Shown: piece by piece, positions 16,950 through 24,700 of the stretch
How the letters are laid out: each line of letters opens with the position of its first letter
Numbering within the stretch: position 1 is the stretch's first letter
DNA from: a virus
Strand: one strand, 5' to 3'
Virus record (IMG/VR): IMGVR_UViG_3300028115_000009
Location: 23,573 to 87,572 of that record
Length of the DNA: 64,000 bases
Program-made: the position numbers and the translations under genes
The notes under the pieces: generated by a model
What the model saw: only the letters and a program-made list of their open reading frames with translations
Databases searched by the model: none
Told to the model about the DNA's origin: nothing

Positions 16950-18431
16950 ATGAATAAACATATAAACAGTATAACAGTACTCGGAGGCGGTACAGCTGGA
17001 TTAGTATCTGCACTCATACTAAAGAAGTCATTTCCAGAAATTAATGTAACAGTTATACGATCATCTGATATCGGTATAATCGGTGTCGGTGAAGGATCAA
17101 CAGAACACTGGTCTGAGTTTATGGAATTTATGAATATTAACGCACGTACTCTTATACAAGAAACAGATGCTACCTTTAAGTCAGGAATTATGTTTAAAAA
17201 TTGGGGCGGCGAAGATTACTTACAAAGTATCGGTGATGGATTTAATATTACTCACAATGGCTATCCTTATATGTACGGACATCAAATTAGTCAAAATAAA
17301 AGTCCAAAAGAGTTAGCAAGTCCGCTTGCTTGGCACAGTAGAGCAAATGTATGGTTCTTAGGACAAGAATCTACTCAAGTACAACAATATCATTTTAATA
17401 CAAATAAACTTAATACATTCTTAGAAAATTTAAGTAATGATTATAATATAAACATCATTGACGACGAAATTATTAATGTTAATTCAAACGAAAATGGAAT
17501 TGTTAGTTTAGAAGGCAAACAACAATTATACGAATCAGATTTTTTTATTGATTGTACTGGGTTTCGCCGAGTATTAATGAACGAGTTAGGGTGTGAATGG
17601 GAGTCATATTCTAAATACTTAAAAATGAAATCTGCAATAGTTTTTCCAATTGAATTTGAAAAAGATGAAGAAATACCTTTGTGGACACTTGCACAAGGAA
17701 TGGATGCTGGGTGGATGTTTAGATTGCCAGTGTGGGGACGATACGGAAACGGTTATATATTTGATAGTGACTTTATCACAGCAGACGAAGCACATGCCGA
17801 AGTTAACAAATATTTTGGTCGAGAAATAGAAATTAGTAAACACATAAATTTTGATCCAGGAGCATTGAAAGATACATGGATTAAAAATTGTGTTGCAATC
17901 GGACTTAGTGCAAGTTTTGTAGAACCGTTAGAAGCAAGCTCTATCGGAACCTCAATACAACAAGCATTTTTGTTAACTGAACATCTTATAAATTACAACG
18001 ATACCAGCATAAAAGATTATAATGCAGATTGCAATGACATATTAACAAATATAAGAGATTTTGTTATTTTACATTATTTAGGAAATCGAACTGATACAGA
18101 TTTTTGGAAAGCTGTATCAGAAACTGAATTACCAGATTCACTGACTTCAAATCTTAGTAAATGGAAAAACACACTTCCTTCTGAAAAAGATTTTTCTAAA
18201 GTTACTGACAAAATATTGTTTAGTCATTTCCACTATATTTTAATAATGCACGGTTTAGGGTTATTCGACATTAATAATATTGCACATGAATATAAAATGC
18301 GAGTGCCGTATGACAAACAGTTAGAAGCAGAGCATACTATTACTGAAAACGCAAACGCACCGTATACTACTATACCGCATAAAACAATGTTAGAAGTATT
18401 ACGGACTATGCGTACTTGGCCTAACTTTTAA
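16950..18431 (+). CDS. Flavin-dependent (tryptophan halogenase-family) enzyme 2
   Basis: GGGTAG, IGVGEGSTEHW, DATFKSGI, FIDCTGF, GWMFRLP, FVEPLEASSI. Confidence 0.88.
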   Translation: MNKHINSITVLGGGTAGLVSALILKKSFPEINVTVIRSSDIGIIGVGEGSTEHWSEFMEFMNINARTLIQETDATFKSGIMFKNWGGEDYLQSIGDGFNITHNGYPYMYGHQISQNKSPKELASPLAWHSRANVWFLGQESTQVQQYHFNTNKLNTFLENLSNDYNINIIDDEIINVNSNENGIVSLEGKQQLYESDFFIDCTGFRRVLMNELGCEWESYSKYLKMKSAIVFPIEFEKDEEIPLWTLAQGMDAGWMFRLPVWGRYGNGYIFDSDFITADEAHAEVNKYFGREIEISKHINFDPGALKDTWIKNCVAIGLSASFVEPLEASSIGTSIQQAFLLTEHLINYNDTSIKDYNADCNDILTNIRDFVILHYLGNRTDTDFWKAVSETELPDSLTSNLSKWKNTLPSEKDFSKVTDKILFSHFHYILIMHGLGLFDINNIAHEYKMRVPYDKQLEAEHTITENANAPYTTIPHKTMLEVLRTMRTWPNF

Positions 18432-19068
18432 AATACCAGTCTTCGTTTTCAGTATTAAAATCTGTAAAAAGGTTGTATCCGTTTTTAATCATTAAATCGT
18501 GAATCAATTGACGATTACTGGTAAATTCGTGTTCAATTGTAAAACATTTTACATTATATTTTTTAAAATCAAATGTTTTTAATATTTCGTATTCGCTGCC
18601 TTCGGTGTCAATACTAATATAGTTTATGTCTGTAGGGGCTTGATATAACGCTAATAAATCATTTAAAGTAATAGACAATACATTAATAGTCATAAAACTT
18701 TTATCAATATCTGTATCAATAGTGCCAAGATGCTTTTCTAATCCTGATCTAAAATTCCATCCGTAAAATTGGTTTTCATCTACACAAAACTTAAAAGGTA
18801 ATATTTTACCAGTCTCGTTGTATACGCACAATGTACTAACAAAGTTATCTCTACAGTTCATTAGGCTTTGCTGAAATGCAGGATTTGGATCTACACAAAT
18901 ACCTCTCCATTTGTAAAATTTTTCTAAGATAAATGTATTACTTGCTGTAATACCATCTGATGCTCCGATATCTACAAAAAAACCATTTTCTGTATATGCA
19001 CTACGATCAAGTGCAAAAAAATCTTGACCATTTTCTGATATTTTTAAATTGCTGCCTTCTGGTCCCAT
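18421..19068 (-). CDS. FkbM-family SAM-dependent methyltransferase
   Basis: GQD...FFVDIGASDG..SNT..LE...W.GICVDPNP; YISIDTEGSEYEIL..FDF; TIEH. Confidence 0.85.
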   Translation of the reverse strand: MGPEGSNLKISENGQDFFALDRSAYTENGFFVDIGASDGITASNTFILEKFYKWRGICVDPNPAFQQSLMNCRDNFVSTLCVYNETGKILPFKFCVDENQFYGWNFRSGLEKHLGTIDTDIDKSFMTINVLSITLNDLLALYQAPTDINYISIDTEGSEYEILKTFDFKKYNVKCFTIEHEFTSNRQLIHDLMIKNGYNLFTDFNTENEDWYFKS

Positions 19069-19069
19069 T

Positions 19070-19669
19070 TTATTCTCCTTGATGTTTATTGCTAAAATTC
19101 ATTGCTATCATTATTCGTTCATTATCAGTTTTTTGTTGATCAACTTTATGCAAAAGATAACTTGGAAATATTAATAGCATTCCTGTTTCTGGTTGTACAC
19201 TAACTTGATTAGAATTAAACTCAGTTTTAATAGATTTAACTCCCATGCCCCAACCTGTATCGATAATATTTTTATTTAAAAAACATATAGGTGCATCAGT
19301 ATGTTCTGCTTGTAGATAATATACGGCACTCCACAAACAATCAGGATGCGTATGTGCTTCGTGATATCCGTACTTTTCTATAATACTAAACCAAGAATTT
19401 AGATAGTTAATTGGTTCTAAAAATCCAGCAAAGTTATTGACAGAATTCACTTCAGTTAAAATAAAATCTTTTACATCTTTTAATAGAGGATCGTCTATTA
19501 TATTGTTATCGTTATAAAAATCAGTATAATTTCCTAATGGTGCATTTTCCATTAATGAAATATCTTTTTTGCTTTTTAATTTGTTAATTATAGCATCTCG
19601 AGTATTATTTTCGATAGTAAAAAAAGACCTAAACAATAATGATGAAAATATTTGTGCTGGTTCTGCCAT
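19070..19669 (-). CDS. 2OG-Fe(II) oxygenase-like protein (TIGR02466-type)
   Basis: YHEAHTHPDCLWSAVYY, FPSYLLHKV, ERIMIAMN. Confidence 0.82.
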   Translation of the reverse strand: MAEPAQIFSSLLFRSFFTIENNTRDAIINKLKSKKDISLMENAPLGNYTDFYNDNNIIDDPLLKDVKDFILTEVNSVNNFAGFLEPINYLNSWFSIIEKYGYHEAHTHPDCLWSAVYYLQAEHTDAPICFLNKNIIDTGWGMGVKSIKTEFNSNQVSVQPETGMLLIFPSYLLHKVDQQKTDNERIMIAMNFSNKHQGE

Positions 19670-19674
19670 GTAAA

Positions 19675-20580
19675 TTATCGTCCTCTTAATAAATTGTTAA
19701 CACCGATTACATCATTTGCAGTTAGTAGATTAAAAAAACATTGCATATCAGTTCCTGCTTCTTCTTTTAAATCTTCTACATATAATGCTATACTTTCATT
19801 ATTGTTTATATACTTTTCATCTATATTAAATAATTCGTATATCCCGTTATTTTTTAAGTAATTATGATACTGTAATGATGTTAGATGCGGTTCAGTATAC
19901 GTAGTGTCAGATGTTTTAAAATAATCTAATGCAGACAAATCTTGTTTGTCTATGTCAAACTGCCAATTTAAATCAGGGCTGTTCCATTTTTCTGTTAAGA
20001 TAGGAGGAAACCAATGTTCGTTGTTATCTTCCCAAATTCGTTCTTTATAAGGAGTTAATGTAGGATCCATATCCCATAGACTTATACTATTATCTGTATC
20101 AGAATTTTCGTCTAAATGCCCTACTTTTAATCGATAATCTTGTAAATCAGTTGATGCTGTCATAAACCAATAGCAACCGATACCTTTTAATAGTTCTTGT
20201 ACTAAAATAACATTATTCAATGTATGTATATAGTAGGCAGGTTCGTTCCAGAAGGTATTGATCCATTTTTTATCAAACACTTTTGAATTCCAGGAAGAAA
20301 ATATGTTACCACGAGTTTTCCACATTGTACAATCAGCTGACGGAATATCAGGCCGTGCATAATCGTGACGCACATAACTCGACCATTGTACAATAACAAG
20401 ATCATCTTTAGTAAATTTATATAATGCATGTGCTTCAGCTATTCTTTCAGCAATTGCACGATTGCCTATACCCGGATGTCCCCAATTATAATATTGATCC
20501 CATCCTATATTAATAAAGTCTGCCCAAGTAGGCCAATTGTACTTAGTGAAACTACATCCAAATGTGAATAATCGAGTCAT
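19675..20580 (-). CDS. SGNH/GDSL hydrolase-like protein
   Basis: LFTFGCSFT..WPTWAD (block I), GHPGIGN (block II), VIVQWS, C-terminal EPHL. Confidence 0.55.
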   Translation of the reverse strand: MTRLFTFGCSFTKYNWPTWADFINIGWDQYYNWGHPGIGNRAIAERIAEAHALYKFTKDDLVIVQWSSYVRHDYARPDIPSADCTMWKTRGNIFSSWNSKVFDKKWINTFWNEPAYYIHTLNNVILVQELLKGIGCYWFMTASTDLQDYRLKVGHLDENSDTDNSISLWDMDPTLTPYKERIWEDNNEHWFPPILTEKWNSPDLNWQFDIDKQDLSALDYFKTSDTTYTEPHLTSLQYHNYLKNNGIYELFNIDEKYINNNESIALYVEDLKEEAGTDMQCFFNLLTANDVIGVNNLLRGR

Positions 20581-20588
20581 ACACTGAC

Positions 20589-21287
20589 CTATATAAAAAA
20601 CATTTGATTTAATCTATAAACATCGTCATTATACATGTCATCAGTTATGTATGCTGCATGATAAATGTTTGCTTGATATATAACCATTCGATTATATTTC
20701 ATTTCTGTCATGTGATGCATTTTCCAATCACCCATATCACCATTTACATATATGTCGGTAGGTTTCCCGTTATCAGCTTTATATAAGCCAAATTCAGTTC
20801 CGCCTGTTTGCCCATCAAATGAATAAAATCCTGTTCCACCTTTACATTCTTCCGGAGTATTTAAAAATACCATTGCTGCAAATGCTGTAGGATATGGGCA
20901 ATCTATGTGCGGCGGGCGCGGCTCTAAAAATTTGGTATGCATAATATTAACAATAAATGTAGAATCACGAAACACATCGTTAATATGATTAGGAGGAAAT
21001 TGAAAATGTTGTTCTGGATATACTGTTTGTAGTATATTGTCAAATATAGGTCCCATATGATCCATTAAGTAAAATGCATTTATCCTGGGACCAGGTAACC
21101 TTGTGCGAATTCTTTCATTTATAGACGGCGGAATTCTTAATGCTAAATCTCTAACTTGGTCTGGATTTTTATAAAAGTTATCTACAGTAACAACTTTAGT
21201 TTCATTTGGACCAAATGTTTCAACATTTACTTTTAAATCTTCATTAACTGCAAACGTTTCTATTTCGTCTATAAAATATTTTTTCAT
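20589..21287 (-). CDS. 2OG-Fe(II) oxygenase-like protein (DUF6445-like)
   Basis: VDNFYKNPD.VR, PPHID, GGTGFY, KYNRMVIY...YHAA, RLNQMFF. Confidence 0.72.
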   Translation of the reverse strand: MKKYFIDEIETFAVNEDLKVNVETFGPNETKVVTVDNFYKNPDQVRDLALRIPPSINERIRTRLPGPRINAFYLMDHMGPIFDNILQTVYPEQHFQFPPNHINDVFRDSTFIVNIMHTKFLEPRPPHIDCPYPTAFAAMVFLNTPEECKGGTGFYSFDGQTGGTEFGLYKADNGKPTDIYVNGDMGDWKMHHMTEMKYNRMVIYQANIYHAAYITDDMYNDDVYRLNQMFFI

Positions 21288-21342
21288 GTACTATCCAACT
21301 CTACTTATTGAGTATTTATGGAATATAGGATGTACATTCGTT

Positions 21343-21369
21343 AAAAAAGGAGAGCGGAGCCCTCCTTTT
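21343..21369 (-). terminator. Intrinsic terminator after the tail chaperone gene
   Basis: Minus strand AAAAGGAGGGC-TCC-GCTCTCC-TTTTTT stem-loop followed by a U tract. Confidence 0.75.
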
Positions 21370-21387
21370 ATTTATAGCAGTATAAGA

Positions 21388-22098
21388 TTATACTTCAGGA
21401 TCATCCACAGGCATTGTAGGGAACATTTGTGCTGCAATATACGGAGGGAACTCTGCTAATGCAGTTGGCAAGTCTCTTAACAACTGTCTGTATGTTTTCC
21501 ATCTATTTTTTAATTCTTCAGGCATATCGTCTGAAAACGCACCATCAGTATCTGCAAGTGCTTTGTTACGTACTTTTTTAATGTCGTCCCATGTCATATC
21601 TATTTTAATGTCTGTAGCCCAATCATGTACTGGAACATGGAACTCTTTAGTATCAAAGTCGTATGTAATGTTAAATTCATCATATACGTCACGAGGTTCA
21701 TATTCTGTTGGTTTTTCAATATTTAGATATCCTTCCGGGCTTGTGAAGTACGGAACCCAAGTACGGTTTGCTCTAAACTCAACTTGCGTCGAATCTCCCT
21801 GATCATTAGCTATTTCACATAGTAGACCGTTTTCTTCAAGTGAACAATCGATGCAAACTCTTTCAACATTAAGAGGAGTAGGCCTCTCGAGTTCTGCAGG
21901 ATATACCAAACACCATCCGCTTTCTTTACCTGTATCTTTGTCAATTTCAAATGTCAGGTAACGCGGGCCGCGATAAGTGAATGTATCAGTATAACCTTTT
22001 TCAAATGTGTTTTCTCTAAAATCGTCAGGGATTTTATAAGTGAAAGTTGTTTCACACATTTCAACTTCTGAGATTACTACTTCATTTTCTTCTGGCAT
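21388..22098 (-). CDS. Tail fibre assembly chaperone-like protein
   Basis: C-terminal WDDIKKVRNKALADTD...WKTYRQLLRDLP motif; follows the fibre-tip genes. Confidence 0.75.
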   Translation of the reverse strand: MPEENEVVISEVEMCETTFTYKIPDDFRENTFEKGYTDTFTYRGPRYLTFEIDKDTGKESGWCLVYPAELERPTPLNVERVCIDCSLEENGLLCEIANDQGDSTQVEFRANRTWVPYFTSPEGYLNIEKPTEYEPRDVYDEFNITYDFDTKEFHVPVHDWATDIKIDMTWDDIKKVRNKALADTDGAFSDDMPEELKNRWKTYRQLLRDLPTALAEFPPYIAAQMFPTMPVDDPEV

Positions 22099-22136
22099 TT
22101 TTTAACTCCTTAACATAGTTATATTTATGTTTATCT

Positions 22137-22973
22137 TTAAGCATATGTAATTCTTACTATTCCTGAGCCGCCGCCCTGGCCGCCTGCACAACATTTTGCG
22201 TTATTACCACAATATGAGCTTAGGCCACTCGTTCCACCTGTTCCTGGAGGTGCTGCGTAACAACCACAAGTACACCAAGATTCAGATGCGCCACTTGCTC
22301 CTGATAATCCAATAATCGGAGCTTGTCCTGTCCATTGCATAACCCTCCAACAGTGACACCCGCCGTGACCTGGTTTCATTCCGACAGTACCCATCATTCC
22401 AAAATCAGAGCCAAACATTCCGCAAATATTACAGTTAGCACACCCCTGTGTATGATGTCTTGGTCCCCAAGCATCACCATTACACATCCATCCGCCACAA
22501 CCACCAGTAACACAGAAGTTACTTAGATTGTGTCCATTTACGTATGAACGACATCCCATACCTGCACTACAAGTATGCGATTTATTACAAGGCCAAGTTC
22601 CTCCAGCACACACGGTATATGTACATCCAGGGCTTGTTGATATCGTTCTAATGGCGTAGTTGCCTCCAGCGCCACCAATTGAGAACGAACAGCAGTTACA
22701 ACAGGTGTGACCTGCTCCGCCGCCCCCACCTGACCAAATTTCAAAAGTAACTCTACATACTTTTGATGGCACAGTAAATAAACAGCATGCGCCGCAATAT
22801 TGACAACAACATCCTCCAGCGCTTGCACACTGGTGACATTGCATCATTCTACTATTATATATCCAAACAGTGTTATATCTAACACCTGCACCATTTGCTA
22901 ATTGATTCGAATTAACAAAATTATCTGGTATTTGGTCTGTTTTTAGCTGTTTATAGCTGTCATACGTTGCCAT
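22137..22973 (-). CDS. Cys-rich, Gly-rich-domain fibre-tip/adhesin-like protein (paralog 3)
   Basis: FTVP..V..VTFEIWSGGGGG...GGAGGNY...GGSGIVRITY Gly-rich domain; about 32 Cys in 278 aa. Confidence 0.65.
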   Translation of the reverse strand: MATYDSYKQLKTDQIPDNFVNSNQLANGAGVRYNTVWIYNSRMMQCHQCASAGGCCCQYCGACCLFTVPSKVCRVTFEIWSGGGGGAGHTCCNCCSFSIGGAGGNYAIRTISTSPGCTYTVCAGGTWPCNKSHTCSAGMGCRSYVNGHNLSNFCVTGGCGGWMCNGDAWGPRHHTQGCANCNICGMFGSDFGMMGTVGMKPGHGGCHCWRVMQWTGQAPIIGLSGASGASESWCTCGCYAAPPGTGGTSGLSSYCGNNAKCCAGGQGGGSGIVRITYA

Positions 22974-24451
22974 TTATTTTTTCCTTGTTATGCATAAGTA
23001 ATTTTTACTATTCCGCTTCCGCCTTGACCTATGCCACCTGCACAACATTTTGCATTGTTATTACAGTACGAGCTTACGCCACTCATTCCGCCACCTGCTG
23101 GCCAGTTTACGTAACAACCACATGAACACCATGCTTCTGTTGCTGCGGTGTGTTGCATTTTTCCAATAAGTGGTGCTGTTCCTGTAAAGCTACCGTCTGC
23201 TCCTCTACAGTGACAACCACCGTGACCTAATTTTCTTCCTGTTGTGCCCATTATTCCATAATCTGCACCAAATATTCCACAAATATTACAGTTAGCACAT
23301 GAGTTCAACGTTCTTTCACCCCAAGCATCACCATTACACATAATGCCTCCACAACCACCTGTAACACAGAAATTGCTTAGGTTACATCCTGTTACGTAAG
23401 AACGACATCCTTGTCCAGCAACACATGTATGTGATTTTGAACAAGGCCACGAGCCCCCTGCACACACTGAGTAAGTCCAACCAGGACTCGTTGATATTGT
23501 TTTAATTGCGTAGTTGCCTCCGGCACCACCAATTGAGAACGAACAGCAGTTACAACAGGTGTGACCTGCTCCGCCGCCCCCACCTGACCAAATTTCAAAC
23601 GTAAGTTTTGTTACACCTGTAGGAACTGTAAATAAACAGCACCTGCCACATGCTTGGCATACACATCCGCCTGCATTAGAACATTCTTGACATGCAAATG
23701 CTCGTGAGCTATACACCCATAATATACCAGATTTATTTGCTGCGCCTGCTTGTAATTTTACCTGATCAATTGAATTATCCGGGATCATTGTCTGGCTAAT
23801 TTTTCTATAACTTCCGTACGTTGCCATTATCTATTTCTTCCCTTAATAATACGTTATTTTAACTAAGCCGCTGCCGCCTTGGCCGCTGCCGCCTGCGCAA
23901 CATTTTGCGTAATTACCACAATAGCTGCTGCCGCCGCTTGCACCGCCGCCTGCTGGCCAATTCACATAACAACCACATGAACACCATGCTTCAGTATTTT
24001 GAGTACCGTCCCACTTACCAATGAATGGTGCAGTGCCGCTAAAACTTGTTACACCGGCACAACGACAAGAGGTTTGTCCCATTCTGCCACCGACAGAACC
24101 CATTATTCCCATATCTGCGCCAAATATTCCACAAATATTACAGTTAGCACAACCGCTTGTATGATGTCTTGGTCCCCAAGCATCACCATTACACATCCAA
24201 CCACCACAACCGCCTGTTACACAGAAATTGCTTAGATTATTGCCTGTTACGTAAGAACGACATCCCATAGCTGCACTACAAGTATGTGATTTTGAACAGG
24301 GCCAGCTTCCGCCGGCACATGCTGTGTATGTCCAGCCTGGAGTTACAGCGATCGTTTTAATTGCGTAGTTACCACCTGCTCCGCCAATTGAGAACGAACA
24401 GCAGTTACAACAGGTGTGACCTGCTCCGCCGCCTCCACCTGACCAAATTTC
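22672..24451. repeat. Dispersed near-identical DNA blocks among the three Cys-rich paralogs
   Basis: 22672-22745 = 23526-23599 (74 bp identical); a 68 bp core recurs at 24384-24451 with 1 mismatch. Confidence 0.9.
22988..23827 (-). CDS. Cys-rich, Gly-rich-domain fibre-tip/adhesin-like protein (paralog 2)
   Basis: Same architecture; about 30 Cys in 279 aa. Confidence 0.65.
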   Translation of the reverse strand: MATYGSYRKISQTMIPDNSIDQVKLQAGAANKSGILWVYSSRAFACQECSNAGGCVCQACGRCCLFTVPTGVTKLTFEIWSGGGGGAGHTCCNCCSFSIGGAGGNYAIKTISTSPGWTYSVCAGGSWPCSKSHTCVAGQGCRSYVTGCNLSNFCVTGGCGGIMCNGDAWGERTLNSCANCNICGIFGADYGIMGTTGRKLGHGGCHCRGADGSFTGTAPLIGKMQHTAATEAWCSCGCYVNWPAGGGMSGVSSYCNNNAKCCAGGIGQGGSGIVKITYA

Positions 24452-24682
24452 GAATGTAGCACGAGTTACATTTGCAGGCACTGTCCATAGACAGCATCTT
24501 CCACATGCTTGGCATACACAACCACCAGCGTTTGCACACTGGTGACATGCAAATGCTCGTGAGCTATACACCCAAGTAACTCCGTATTGTAAACCTGTAC
24601 CTGGAGATAGCTTTGCTTCAGATACTATGCCGTTATCGACTTGGTCTGATATAATTCGTTTATAACTTGAATATGATGCCAT
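23843..24682 (-). CDS. Cys-rich, Gly-rich-domain fibre-tip/adhesin-like protein (paralog 1)
   Basis: Same architecture; about 29 Cys in 279 aa. Confidence 0.65.
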   Translation of the reverse strand: MASYSSYKRIISDQVDNGIVSEAKLSPGTGLQYGVTWVYSSRAFACHQCANAGGCVCQACGRCCLWTVPANVTRATFEIWSGGGGGAGHTCCNCCSFSIGGAGGNYAIKTIAVTPGWTYTACAGGSWPCSKSHTCSAAMGCRSYVTGNNLSNFCVTGGCGGWMCNGDAWGPRHHTSGCANCNICGIFGADMGIMGSVGGRMGQTSCRCAGVTSFSGTAPFIGKWDGTQNTEAWCSCGCYVNWPAGGGASGGSSYCGNYAKCCAGGSGQGGSGLVKITYY

Positions 24683-24700
24683 ATTATATTGTATCCTTCA

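Noticed and set aside
22137-24682. Diversity-generating retroelement (template/variable repeat) explanation for the repeats in the Cys-rich genes
   Set aside because: No reverse transcriptase in the window, all copies lie inside intact ORFs, and I saw no adenine-specific mismatch pattern.
22137-24682. RiPP precursor interpretation of the Cys-rich ORFs
   Set aside because: They are about 280 aa with a Gly-rich fibre-tip domain and a tail chaperone next door; no leader peptide, protease, radical SAM or LanM enzyme, or exporter is visible.
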